A stretch of 64,000 nt of DNA from Alphaproteobacteria bacterium (lineage in GTDB: Bacteria > Pseudomonadota > Alphaproteobacteria > JAJTHO01 > CANGYM01), in the NCBI GenBank assembly GCA_044375675.1, contig JBILMD010000001.1, positions 30,377 to 94,376 of the forward strand, given 5' to 3'. The first letter of the stretch is position 1. The number at the start of each line of letters is the position of its first letter. Positions 9,715-19,228 of this stretch are shown piece by piece. A program made the translations under genes and the position numbers. The notes beneath the pieces were generated by a model. That model saw only the letters and a program-made list of their open reading frames with translations. It ran no database searches and was not told the DNA's origin.

Positions 9715-10725
9715 TCAACCCGCGCAGGGACATCCCGAAAACCTTTTGGGACAACGCTGTGGGGGGGAACACACCGCCCCCCCGCATGCTAGGGTTTTTT
9801 TCACCACGTCGGCCAAAGCCCTGATATGCAGGGGATGATCCCCCACGGTGTCGATGCGGATCATTTGGGAAACCCCAGCTTCCTCCGCAAGGTGACGATA
9901 TTCTATGTCCAGCTCAACCAGCGTTTCCGAGTGTTCGGAAACAAAAGCAATGGGAATCATCACAATCCCTTTTTTCTCGGCCCCAGCCCGCTCAATGGCT
10001 GATTCTGTGGAGGGCCCAATCCACGTCATGGGGCCAACGCGGCTTTGATAACAAATCTGATAATCCAAATCCGGAACATTCAGCGCGGCCACCACGGCGG
10101 CCACCGTTTGTTCCACCTGCCATTGATACGGGTCACCCTTTTTAACAATGCTTTCCGGCAGGCCGTGGGCCGAAAACAACACACGCATACCCTGAAAAGA
10201 CGTCACCTTTTCCGCGATTTTGACCACAACGGCCTGAATCCAATCAGGATGAATGGGATAGCAACACGCCATTGTTGTGGGAACAGATAACCCCTGTTTT
10301 CCCGCAATTTCCTGCCATTGCTTCACCGAAGAGGCCGTTGTCGTCGTTGAAAACTGTGGATAAAGCGGCAACAAAACAATACGATCGGGGGCGTAGGCCA
10401 TCACGTCCTGCACCACAGCCTCTGTCATGGGATGCCAATAACGCATACAGACAAAGGTTTGAAACCCCTCCCCCAACACATCCTGAAGGGCTGCGGCTTG
10501 CGCCTTTGTGTTGTCCAAAAGGGGGGATTTTCCCCCAAGATGATCATAAATTTTCGCCGCTACAGGGGCCCGCTTGCGGGAAATCAATTGGGCCAACAGA
10601 TACCGGAAAACTTTGGGAACACGGATAATGGCGGGATCATTAAAAAGATTAAACAAAAAAGGGCGGATGGCCTGAACCTGATCAGGTCCCCCAAGATTAA
10701 AAAGAACGACCGCTGTTTTCATCAT
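9715..10725 (-). CDS. hemH: Ferrochelatase with Cys-rich C-terminal extension
   Basis: 336 aa. N-terminus VLFNLGGPD; core motifs LPLYPQFS and FSAHGLP. The last 25 residues contain 5 Cys (LACGGAVCSPPQRCPKRFSGCPCAG). Confidence 0.9.
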   Translation of the reverse strand: MMKTAVVLFNLGGPDQVQAIRPFLFNLFNDPAIIRVPKVFRYLLAQLISRKRAPVAAKIYDHLGGKSPLLDNTKAQAAALQDVLGEGFQTFVCMRYWHPMTEAVVQDVMAYAPDRIVLLPLYPQFSTTTTASSVKQWQEIAGKQGLSVPTTMACCYPIHPDWIQAVVVKIAEKVTSFQGMRVLFSAHGLPESIVKKGDPYQWQVEQTVAAVVAALNVPDLDYQICYQSRVGPMTWIGPSTESAIERAGAEKKGIVMIPIAFVSEHSETLVELDIEYRHLAEEAGVSQMIRIDTVGDHPLHIRALADVVKKTLACGGAVCSPPQRCPKRFSGCPCAG

Positions 10726-10785
10726 GATCCTTTCAAGACATTCTGATGGTTTTTAAAGCAAAAAAAGCCCGTAAGCCATAGTCTT

Positions 10786-11217
10786 TTACCCCAAACCAAA
10801 ACATTCATGCCTGAGCCTGCGGGTTTGATCTGTGTTAAAATCAAAGGTCAGGGCCTGCCGCACAGGGGGCAAAAAGGGCGCAATGCGCTGCGGCCATTCG
10901 ATGCAACAGGGATGCAACATCATGGCATCCACCAGCCCTAGGGCATAGATCTCTTCGGGGCTGCCCAAACGATAGCAATCCACATGCCACAGGGGACCCT
11001 GCGGCAAATCATAAACCTGAATCAGGCCATAAGTGGGGCTGATCACAGGACCCTGCCAACCCAGCGCTTTCAGATAAAACCGCATAAACGTTGTTTTTCC
11101 CACGCCCAAGGGGCCCTCCAACGTCATCACAGAGGGCAACAGATGACGATCCGTCGCAAGGGCATGGGCCAGCGCCGCCGTGTCCGCTTCGTTTTTTAGG
11201 GTATGGGTGGTGATCAT
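10786..11217 (-). CDS. tsaE: tRNA t6A37 biosynthesis ATPase TsaE
   Basis: Start trimmed to MITTHTL. Walker A GPLGVGKTTFMR and the conserved HVDCYRL motif. Confidence 0.85.
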   Translation of the reverse strand: MITTHTLKNEADTAALAHALATDRHLLPSVMTLEGPLGVGKTTFMRFYLKALGWQGPVISPTYGLIQVYDLPQGPLWHVDCYRLGSPEEIYALGLVDAMMLHPCCIEWPQRIAPFLPPVRQALTFDFNTDQTRRLRHECFGLG

Positions 11218-11287
11218 CGCAGACGCCAGACCTGAGCCATCAGCATCACCGCCGCCACCCCATAACCAATCCAAACATAAAGGGGCA

Positions 11288-12013
11288 TCATGACAGACCC
11301 CGAGCGTCTTTAAACGTCTGCAATCGGCGCATGGCACAGCGCAAAGCACACCAAACGGTCAGCGTTGTAAACGCCAACGCCATGGTCAGCAACGGCATTT
11401 TCATGGCCATATCCATGCTGTCTTTGGCAAACCAGCGGATGCTGGCCGGTTGATGCAGTGTGGTCCACCACGTCACAGAAAAAGAAATCAGGGGCAAATT
11501 CATCAGCCCCACACTGGCCACAATGGCCCCCACCTTTCGGGACAACGCAACAGGGGTGATGAGGGTGTAACTTAAAACCACACTCACCGATAACAAAAAC
11601 AAAAGCAGCATACTGGTTAAACGCATATCCCACACCCACCAGGCGCCCCAAGCCGGCTTTCCCCACAACATTCCCGTGATCAAACACAGGGCCGAAAGCA
11701 ACGCGGCCATTTCCGCAAACCCCTCGGATATCAAACTGGCAACAGGGTGCCGCCACACCCAATACCCAGCCCCCGAAAGGCCGCATAAGGCATAAGCCAT
11801 CATGGCCGACCAAGCCGCGGGCACATGAATATACATCAGCCGAACCAAATCCCCATGCAAACGATCTGGGGGGGATAGCCACAGGGCCCATGGCACGCCC
11901 ACGGCAAACAAAATCGCACTCAGAATCCCTAAAATAGTGCAGGTTACCCCCGCCACACGCAGAAACGTCGCCGGCCTTGCCAAAGCATGAAAAGACAATT
12001 TTAAAGATGTCAT
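11288..12013 (-). CDS. ccmC: Heme exporter protein CcmC
   Basis: 241-aa polytopic membrane protein with the WWD-type motif WGKPAWGAWWVWDMRLTS. Confidence 0.9.
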   Translation of the reverse strand: MTSLKLSFHALARPATFLRVAGVTCTILGILSAILFAVGVPWALWLSPPDRLHGDLVRLMYIHVPAAWSAMMAYALCGLSGAGYWVWRHPVASLISEGFAEMAALLSALCLITGMLWGKPAWGAWWVWDMRLTSMLLLFLLSVSVVLSYTLITPVALSRKVGAIVASVGLMNLPLISFSVTWWTTLHQPASIRWFAKDSMDMAMKMPLLTMALAFTTLTVWCALRCAMRRLQTFKDARGLS

Positions 12014-12639
12014 GAAGTTAAACGTTCCCTAATTATCCATGCCACGATCCACGGCAACACCGCAACACAAAACAAAACATACATCATCCCATACACAGCA
12101 CCACCGGAAAAACTTAGGTTCCCCGCCGCTGCCCTTTGCATCGTATCCAGCCCAAAAATCACAAGCGGGGTCAACAGAGGACACAGCCAAACAAACCCAA
12201 AAACCCCTGCCCCCATCAAGGTTTCCACAAGCATCCGATACAACATCAACGGCAAAAGCCCCAAAGCCACCACACCCGCCAAACCCCATGATGCCAGACC
12301 ACTGGCTGCCAAAACCAGCATGGCAAGTGCCGTCATCACCATCCCCCGCGTGACCCCCATCACCAAAACATGAACCCACACCCACGCAATAAGGGGAATC
12401 TTATGGACCAACAACGTGGTGGACACAGCATCCTGATTCAGCCCCCCCAATCCTGTCCCCACCATATGCGTGACAAGAAGAGTGACCCAAACGAAAGACA
12501 CAGGATCCTGCCGCAAAAGACCCCCAAAGTGGCCAATGAGAATCAGGGCCACCATGAACAGGGCTTGCAGCATCAGCTCTTGCCCTTGGCTTTGACGGTG
12601 CTGCCAAGCGGCCTTGATCATCCATCCTAAAAGGGCCAT
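12010..12639 (-). CDS. ccmB: Heme exporter protein CcmB
   Basis: 209-aa hydrophobic protein between ccmA and ccmC. Start/stop overlaps are typical of a ccmABC operon. Confidence 0.8.
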   Translation of the reverse strand: MALLGWMIKAAWQHRQSQGQELMLQALFMVALILIGHFGGLLRQDPVSFVWVTLLVTHMVGTGLGGLNQDAVSTTLLVHKIPLIAWVWVHVLVMGVTRGMVMTALAMLVLAASGLASWGLAGVVALGLLPLMLYRMLVETLMGAGVFGFVWLCPLLTPLVIFGLDTMQRAAAGNLSFSGGAVYGMMYVLFCVAVLPWIVAWIIRERLTS

Positions 12640-13304
12640 TGGTCCTCCGTTTCTGCCGCCGCGACAAAGGCCGAAAGATCCACTATTCTGGTTACAAAAG
12701 GAAACGTGCGGTGATCATGGCTTGTCCAAATCACAGCCCCGCCCCGCGCCAAATGATGGGCTATACAATCATCCAAAATACGGGACGCATCATGATCCAA
12801 GGATTGCCACGGTTCGTCCAAAATCCACAGCTGAGATCGTGTCTGGGCTAAGCGAGAGAGCCTGACGCGCTGTTGCATCCCCGAGGATAAGCGATGAATC
12901 GGCTGATTTAAAATCTTTTTGGGCAAAAAAAGGTCTTCTGTGGTCTCTGAACGCAAAGACGGGAGGGGGTTCTCATCCTTCAACACGTGGTTTTCAAAGG
13001 CCCGCCATAATGTCAGATACGCTTTGGCTGTCTGTCCATCCGGAATATCCCGTTCCGTGGGCAGAAAAAAAACCGACGGCGTGCGGATCACACAAGGCCC
13101 CTGAAGCGGCAAAAGGCCCACCATGGACCGCAACAAAGAGGATTTGCCCACACCATTGGGGCCCGTTATATGAACGCTGTCCCCGCAGGATACCTGTAAA
13201 GAAAAATTTTGCAAAAGAGGCCGCCCCCCTCGAACCAAAAGGGGCACATCCATGTGCAAAATGGGCGAAGGGGTCATGAACGAGATTGCGTTTCCTGACA
13301 TCAA
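12627..13304 (-). CDS. ccmA: Cytochrome c biogenesis ABC exporter ATPase CcmA (start uncertain)
   Basis: Walker A GPNGVGKSSLLR, signature LSSGMQQRVRL, Walker B LWILDEP. Alternative starts at nt 13277 or 13253 are possible. Confidence 0.85.
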   Translation of the reverse strand: MMSGNAISFMTPSPILHMDVPLLVRGGRPLLQNFSLQVSCGDSVHITGPNGVGKSSLLRSMVGLLPLQGPCVIRTPSVFFLPTERDIPDGQTAKAYLTLWRAFENHVLKDENPLPSLRSETTEDLFLPKKILNQPIHRLSSGMQQRVRLSRLAQTRSQLWILDEPWQSLDHDASRILDDCIAHHLARGGAVIWTSHDHRTFPFVTRIVDLSAFVAAAETEDQWPF

Positions 13305-13383
13305 GGAACAGACAGATAGCAGAAACCATACCCCTGTACATTCAAAAACCGAAGAGATTTTTCAAATAAAACGGCAACCCAAG

Positions 13384-13830
13384 ATGCCCTGCAAACGTAC
13401 ACCCAGCCCAGAATTAACCATTTTGTGGTTTGCTTGTTTCATCATAAATGCCTATCTTACGGGTGGCGCTTTGACATGGATTCACCCTATGCACATTCTC
13501 TTTCTGTTTATCTCAATTGCGCTGGGTGTTGTGGCGCAGATGCTTTTTAAAAGTTTTGCCATGGCGCCCAAAGGGGATGGCCAAGCTTTTTTTTGGTATT
13601 TTCTGAATACAAAGTTTATTGCAGGCATGGGACTGTATTTTGTTGCGGCGATTTTGTATATTGTGTCGCTGCAAAAGATCAACCTGTCTGTGGCCCATCC
13701 CACCGTTGCTGTTTCCTATATTTTTGTGGTTGGTTTAAGCCATGTTTTTTTTGGGGAAAGCCTCACCGTTTACAAGATTTTGGGCAGCGCCTTCATTCTG
13801 ATGGGGGTGGCCCTGATGTGGAAACACTAA
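13384..13830 (+). CDS. Small EamA/SMR-like (DMT superfamily) membrane protein
   Basis: Start trimmed to the internal ATG. About four hydrophobic helices. The C-terminal segment SYIFVVGLSHVFFGESLTVYKILGSAFILMGVALMW resembles EamA/ArnE-type half-transporters. Confidence 0.5.
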   Translation: MPCKRTPSPELTILWFACFIINAYLTGGALTWIHPMHILFLFISIALGVVAQMLFKSFAMAPKGDGQAFFWYFLNTKFIAGMGLYFVAAILYIVSLQKINLSVAHPTVAVSYIFVVGLSHVFFGESLTVYKILGSAFILMGVALMWKH

Positions 13831-13907
13831 AGGGATTGTTCCCCCAAAGATGACAGATCCTAAAGGCCCCCTTGCCCCTGTTCCCTAGGTTGGGTTAAGA
13901 TTCCCCC

Positions 13908-16235
13908 ATGACACAAACCAGAACATCTGCCCCCATGACTTCATCCTTGGCCCCCGCCTTGGCCACCAAAAAACGTGTGATCGTCACTGCGCTGGATACC
14001 ACCAGTGCGGATCGGATGGAGGCCCTGTTTAAACACAACTATCCCCAACCCGTTTTTCGCCATGACACGTGGGCGCAGGCGGCGCACCAAAAGGGCCGGA
14101 TCATCAATCTGTTGGTGGGGCCGCTGCGGGGGGGCTTTGAAACCGATGATTTTATTGTGGTGACCGAGGAAGACCTGTTCGGCGAAAAAGTCCGCAGCAA
14201 TCCCAAACGCAAAACAGCCGAGGCCGTTCTGCTGGACACCAGTGTCATGGACATCGGGGATTATCTGGTTCACGAAGACCACGGCATCGGCAAATTCGAG
14301 GGACTGGAAACCGTGACGGTGGAGGGCACCCGCCACGATTGCGTCGTGGTATCCTATCACAGCGGGGATAAACTGTATGTCCCCGCCGAAAACAGCAACG
14401 TTTTATCGCGCTACGGCGACGCCGATACGGTGGTCAGTTTGGATCGCTTGGGGGCGGCGGGTTGGCAAAACCGCAAGGCCAAACTCAAAAAACGCCTGCG
14501 GGATATGGCAGAGGAACTGCTGAAAATCGCCGCCGCGCGGGCCCTGAACACCGCGCCGGCCCTGATTCCGGATAGCGATTTATACGCCCTGTTTGCGGCC
14601 CGTTTTCCCTATGCCGAAACGGATGATCAGCTCAGCGCCACAGCGGAGATTTTAGAGGATCTGGCCAAAGGCCGCGCCATGGACCGTTTGCTGTGCGGGG
14701 ATGTGGGCTTTGGCAAAACCGAGGTCGCCATGCGTGCCGCCTTTGTGGCGGCGAGCAGTGGCGTGCAAGTGGCCGTCATCGTCCCCACCACGCTGTTGGC
14801 GCGGCAACATGCAAAAACCTTTGCGGAGCGTTTCGCGGAATTGCCCCTGACATTGGGGCATTTGTCGCGTTTCGTTTCCCCCCGCGATGCCGCCGCCACC
14901 AAAGAGGGCCTAAAGGACGGCACGGTGGATATTGTCGTGGGCACCCACGCGCTGTTGGGCAGCACCATTGGTTTTAAAAATCTGGGGCTGGTCATTGTGG
15001 ATGAAGAGCATTGCTTTGGCGTGAAGCAAAAGGAAAAACTCAAAGCGCTCAAGGCCAACGTGCATTACCTCGCCCTTAGCGCCACCCCCATTCCCCGTAC
15101 GTTGCAGCTGGCGTTATCGGGTACGTTTGATTTGTCCCTGATTGCCACGCCGCCGGTGGATCGTTTGGCCATTAAAACCTTTGTGTTGCATCAGGACGAT
15201 GTGACCCTGCGCGAGGCTTTGCTGCGCGAGCTGTCCCGCGAGGGCCAGATTTTTTATGTCTGCCCGCGTATCGAGGATTTGGCCCAGCAAGCCGAGTATG
15301 TCCAATCTCTGGTGCCAAACGCCCGCGTGGCCGTGGCCCACGGACAAATGCCGGCGGCGGATTTGGATACCATCATGCAGGATTTTACGGATTACCGGTA
15401 TGATGTTTTGCTCTCCACGCACATCATTGAATCGGGCATTGATATTCCGCGGGCCAACACGCTGATTATCCACCGCGCCCATCTGTTTGGGCTGGCGCAA
15501 CTGTATCAGTTGCGGGGTCGGGTGGGGCGGTCAGGGCGGCAGGGGTACGCCTATTTTACCCTGCCCGCCGGTATGAAGGTCGCCAGCACCACCCAAAAAC
15601 GTTTGGAAATCATGCAAACCTTGGATCACTTGGGGGCGGGCTTTACGTTGGCCAGTCACGATATGGACCTGCGCGGAGCAGGCAACATTCTGGGCGAAGA
15701 GCAATCCGGCCACATCCGCGAAGTGGGGGCTGAACTGTACCAGCAGATGCTGCGCGATGCCATTGAGGCTGCCAAACGGGGGGATGCGGCCTTAACCGAA
15801 GACACATGGACCCCCACGTTGAATGTGGGCGTTTCGGTCCTGCTGCCGCCGGATTATGTGAAGGATCTGGAGGTCCGTATGCAGCTGTACCGCCGCGCGT
15901 CATCCTTAAAAACCCGCGATGAGGTTGTGGCCTTTAAAACCGAACTGCGGGATCGCTTTGGGCCGCTGCCGGTTGAGGCCGATAATCTGCTGAAAATCAT
16001 CCTGTTAAAACACCTGTGCCTAACCGCCCGCATCACCAGCATCGATGTGGGACCACGGGGCTTGCTCGTGGCCTTTCACAACAACACCCCGCCGAATCCG
16101 GAAAAAATCATGCACCTCACCAAACACCGCCCAAACCAATACAAAATCCGCCCCGATCAAAAACTCTTCATCGCAAGAGCTCCGGCGAAGAGTGTGTTTC
16201 ATGAGGTGAATGAGGGGGTGAAGGGGATTGTGTAA
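13908..16235 (+). CDS. mfd: Transcription-repair coupling factor Mfd lacking the N-terminal UvrB-homology module
   Basis: RNAP-interaction/CarD-like motif DYLVHEDHGIGKFEGLE. Helicase motifs GDVGFGKTEVAMRAAF and DEEHCFGV. TRG motif QLRGRVGRSGRQGYAYF. C-terminal TRCF domain present. Only 775 aa. Confidence 0.9.
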   Translation: MTQTRTSAPMTSSLAPALATKKRVIVTALDTTSADRMEALFKHNYPQPVFRHDTWAQAAHQKGRIINLLVGPLRGGFETDDFIVVTEEDLFGEKVRSNPKRKTAEAVLLDTSVMDIGDYLVHEDHGIGKFEGLETVTVEGTRHDCVVVSYHSGDKLYVPAENSNVLSRYGDADTVVSLDRLGAAGWQNRKAKLKKRLRDMAEELLKIAAARALNTAPALIPDSDLYALFAARFPYAETDDQLSATAEILEDLAKGRAMDRLLCGDVGFGKTEVAMRAAFVAASSGVQVAVIVPTTLLARQHAKTFAERFAELPLTLGHLSRFVSPRDAAATKEGLKDGTVDIVVGTHALLGSTIGFKNLGLVIVDEEHCFGVKQKEKLKALKANVHYLALSATPIPRTLQLALSGTFDLSLIATPPVDRLAIKTFVLHQDDVTLREALLRELSREGQIFYVCPRIEDLAQQAEYVQSLVPNARVAVAHGQMPAADLDTIMQDFTDYRYDVLLSTHIIESGIDIPRANTLIIHRAHLFGLAQLYQLRGRVGRSGRQGYAYFTLPAGMKVASTTQKRLEIMQTLDHLGAGFTLASHDMDLRGAGNILGEEQSGHIREVGAELYQQMLRDAIEAAKRGDAALTEDTWTPTLNVGVSVLLPPDYVKDLEVRMQLYRRASSLKTRDEVVAFKTELRDRFGPLPVEADNLLKIILLKHLCLTARITSIDVGPRGLLVAFHNNTPPNPEKIMHLTKHRPNQYKIRPDQKLFIARAPAKSVFHEVNEGVKGIV

Positions 16236-16312
16236 GGGGGGAAACCGTTGCAATCCCACGAATATTGCCGTATTTTTCCATTTTGAATGCCACGAAACAA
16301 AGAAAGCCCCGC

Positions 16313-18424
16313 ATGATGTTAAAACGATACGCCATGGCCATTGTGTTGACCCTGTTTTCTGTTATCCCCAGTGTGGCGGGGGATTCCAGTGATTTTGAAG
16401 CAACCAAAAACTTGGCGGAACAGGGGGATGCGGCTGCGCAAGTTGGTTTAGGAAACATGTACAGATACGGTTGGGGCGTATCAAAAAATGCTACAGAAGC
16501 CGTCAAATGGTATACCAAAGCTGCGGAACAGGGGGAGGAAAATGCACAATTTAATTTGGGCCTTATGTATCGCTACGGTCAGGACGTACCCCAAAATTAT
16601 GAACAGGCCATCAAATGGTACACCAAAGCCGCGGAAAAGGGGTATGCGGCTGCGCAAGTTGGTTTAGGAGACATGTACAAATACGGTTGGGACGACAGAG
16701 AAGACAAAAAATACGGTTGGGTCACGAGGGACAATGATAAAAAAAATGATAAAGAGGCTATGAAATGGTACACCAAAGCAGCAGAACAAGGGGATTCATC
16801 GGCCCAAAATAGTTTAGGAGACATGTACAAATACGGTTGGGTCACTTGGGACAATGATAAAGAAAATGATAAAGAGGCTATGAAGTGGTACAGCAAAGCG
16901 GCAGTACAAGGGCATTCATCGGCCCAAAATAGTTTAGGAGACATGTATCGACACGGTGGTCGGGGCGTACGCCAAGATTATTACGAGGCCGTCAGGTGGT
17001 ACACCAAAGCTGCGGAACAGGGGTATGCAGGGGCGCAAATTAGTTTAGGATCTATGTACTACGAGGGGTTAGGAATACCAAAAAATGATCCAGAGGCCTT
17101 TAAATGGTATACCAAAGCTGCGGAACAGGGGGAGGGAAAGGCACAATTTTATTTAGGGCTCATGTACCGCAACGGTCAGGGCGTGCCCCAAAATTATGAA
17201 CAGGCCATCATATGGTACACCAAAGCCGCGGAACAGGGGTATGCGGCTGCGCAAGTTGGTTTAAGAGAGTTGCACGCATACGGTCGGGCCAATTGGAACG
17301 TACCGACAAATGATAGAAAAAATGGTAAAGAGGCTATTAAATGGTCCACCAAAGCGCCAGAACAAGGGGATTCATCGGACCAAAATAGTTTAGGAGAAAT
17401 GTACCAATACAATAAAAACGAGCCCGAAGGAAGTTATGAACAGGCCGTCGAATGGTATACCAAAGCTGCGGAACAGGGGTATGCGGCTGCGCAAGTTAGT
17501 TTAGGAGACATGTACAAATACGGTTGGGGCGTATCAAAAAATGCTACAGAAGCCGTCAAATGGTATACCAAAGCTGCGGAACAGGGGGATGGAAAGGCAC
17601 AATTTTATTTAGGGCGCATGTATCGCTACGGTGAGGGCATACCCAAAAATTATGAACAGGCCATCAAATGGTACACCAAAGCCGCGGAAAAGGGGTATGC
17701 GGTTGCGCAAGTTGGTTTAGGAGACATGTACAAATACGGTTGGGACGACAAATATGGTTGGGCCAATTGGGACATACCAGCAAATGATAAAAGAAATTAT
17801 AAAGAGGCTATGAAATGGTACACCAAAGCGGCAGAACAAGGGGATTCATCGGCCCAATATAGTTTAGGATACATGTACAGATCCGGTAGTCAGGACGTGC
17901 AAAGAAATTATAGACAGGCCGTCAAATGGTATACCAAAGCTGCGGAACAAGGCAATTCTTTTGCGCAAGGTGCTTTGGGTGGTATGTATGCATCGGGTCG
18001 CGGTGTGTCAAAAAATGACAAAGAATCCCTCAAATGGTACACCAAAGCGGCTGAACAAGGGCATGTAGAATCACAATATACTCTGGGAGAGGAGTATTTC
18101 TACGGTAAGGACGTACCCCAAAATTATGAGGAATCCGTCAGGTGGTACACCAAAGCCGCCCTACAAGGGCATGTGGAGGCTCAATCTATTTTAGGTTTCA
18201 TGCATGAAAAAGGTAACGGCGTACCGCAAAGTGATGAACAGGCTTATATTTGGTACAGTGTAAGTTTAGTTACCGCCCAATCCGATGAACGAGGAGGTGA
18301 CAAAGAACGACTGGATTTGGCGGCCGAAAAACTCACCCCAGAACAATTGGCCGCCGCCCGACAACGCGCCGCGGAATTGGAAAAACAAATTCAGGCCAAC
18401 GCGAAATATCCATACGTTTATTGA
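16313..18424 (+). CDS. Secreted Sel1-like repeat (SLR) protein, about 16-17 repeats
   Basis: Start trimmed to MMLKRYAMAIVLTLFSVIPSVAG (signal peptide). Iterated KWYTKAAEQG-x3-AQ-x2-LG-x-MY-x-G units run throughout. Confidence 0.9.
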   Translation: MMLKRYAMAIVLTLFSVIPSVAGDSSDFEATKNLAEQGDAAAQVGLGNMYRYGWGVSKNATEAVKWYTKAAEQGEENAQFNLGLMYRYGQDVPQNYEQAIKWYTKAAEKGYAAAQVGLGDMYKYGWDDREDKKYGWVTRDNDKKNDKEAMKWYTKAAEQGDSSAQNSLGDMYKYGWVTWDNDKENDKEAMKWYSKAAVQGHSSAQNSLGDMYRHGGRGVRQDYYEAVRWYTKAAEQGYAGAQISLGSMYYEGLGIPKNDPEAFKWYTKAAEQGEGKAQFYLGLMYRNGQGVPQNYEQAIIWYTKAAEQGYAAAQVGLRELHAYGRANWNVPTNDRKNGKEAIKWSTKAPEQGDSSDQNSLGEMYQYNKNEPEGSYEQAVEWYTKAAEQGYAAAQVSLGDMYKYGWGVSKNATEAVKWYTKAAEQGDGKAQFYLGRMYRYGEGIPKNYEQAIKWYTKAAEKGYAVAQVGLGDMYKYGWDDKYGWANWDIPANDKRNYKEAMKWYTKAAEQGDSSAQYSLGYMYRSGSQDVQRNYRQAVKWYTKAAEQGNSFAQGALGGMYASGRGVSKNDKESLKWYTKAAEQGHVESQYTLGEEYFYGKDVPQNYEESVRWYTKAALQGHVEAQSILGFMHEKGNGVPQSDEQAYIWYSVSLVTAQSDERGGDKERLDLAAEKLTPEQLAAARQRAAELEKQIQANAKYPYVY
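16441..17750 (+). repeat. Intragenic segmental duplication within the Sel1 gene
   Basis: 16441-16536 vs 17494-17589 differ at 3 of 96 nt. About 16591-16697 vs 17643-17749 are nearly identical. The offset is 1053 nt, which is in frame. Confidence 0.85.
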
Positions 18425-18476
18425 CAAATCCCCCTATTTTTTCTATATTTCATAGACTCTTAGGAAAATTACGATT

Positions 18477-18773
18477 ATGGATTCCTCAGCCGCTCTCACC
18501 TGTTTACGATCTCATCAGGGTGATTTACAGGCCCGCGGGGTTCAACATATTGCCGTGTTTGGATCCGTGGCACGGGGACAGGCCACAGAGGCCAGCGACA
18601 TTGATATTTTGGTGGATTTAAACCCCGATGTACCCATGGGGATTTATGATTATGTGGCATTAAAAAAATTTATTGCGGGATTGTTTCCCATAAAAACGGA
18701 TGTTGTGCACGGGGGCGCCTTAAAACATGGACTGAGTCCCCACGTGACCGCTGAGGCCCTGTATGCCTTCTAA
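18477..18773 (+). CDS. Nucleotidyltransferase-domain protein (MNT-type antitoxin)
   Basis: 98 aa. The motif GSVARGQATEASDIDILVD is the minimal nucleotidyltransferase signature. Confidence 0.8.
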   Translation: MDSSAALTCLRSHQGDLQARGVQHIAVFGSVARGQATEASDIDILVDLNPDVPMGIYDYVALKKFIAGLFPIKTDVVHGGALKHGLSPHVTAEALYAF

Positions 18774-18822
18774 AGATCCCCGGATTTTAAACATCATCGG
18801 GATGACACACGGTAATTTCTGA
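18763..18822 (+). pseudogene. Possible truncated HEPN/DUF86 toxin remnant
   Basis: A 19-codon ORF (MPSKDPRILNIIGMTHGNF*) overlaps the MNT stop, which is the usual MNT-HEPN coupling. It ends inside the 3' end of the converging PIN gene. Confidence 0.3.
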
Positions 18823-19224
18823 AAACCGTTGAAAATCATCACCATTGAACGTTAAAATTCTGGGAATCATGTTGGCGATCATAAAGGCTGCCAGGCGGGC
18901 ATCGTGGGCTTTCACGCCCTTGATCTTTAGGGCGATAAGCAACTGCTTCCACACAATGTATTCGGCTTTAGGTTCCCCAGCATGAATCGGAAACAAAGCC
19001 TCAAAATCCGTGAGCTTTTCCGCGGCGACAACAGGCGTTAATCCAAAACCATTGACGGCAGCGGGGCGGGTGCAAACACTCCAAAACTCAGCGGCAATTT
19101 GCGGCGTGATCACACAGAGCGTTTCTTCTTTAATCAGACGAGCAACAGCCTGCTTTGCCCCCTTATGATGGGGATGATCAGGCTGGCACAAGCGCAGCAA
19201 AATGTTTGTATCAACCAGCATCAT
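18787..19224 (-). CDS. vapC: PIN-domain toxin (VapC family)
   Basis: Start trimmed to MMLVDTNILLRL, which carries the PIN first acidic residue. Lies 4 nt downstream of an antitoxin gene. Confidence 0.8.
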   Translation of the reverse strand: MMLVDTNILLRLCQPDHPHHKGAKQAVARLIKEETLCVITPQIAAEFWSVCTRPAAVNGFGLTPVVAAEKLTDFEALFPIHAGEPKAEYIVWKQLLIALKIKGVKAHDARLAAFMIANMIPRILTFNGDDFQRFSEITVCHPDDV

Positions 19225-19228
19225 GCGA

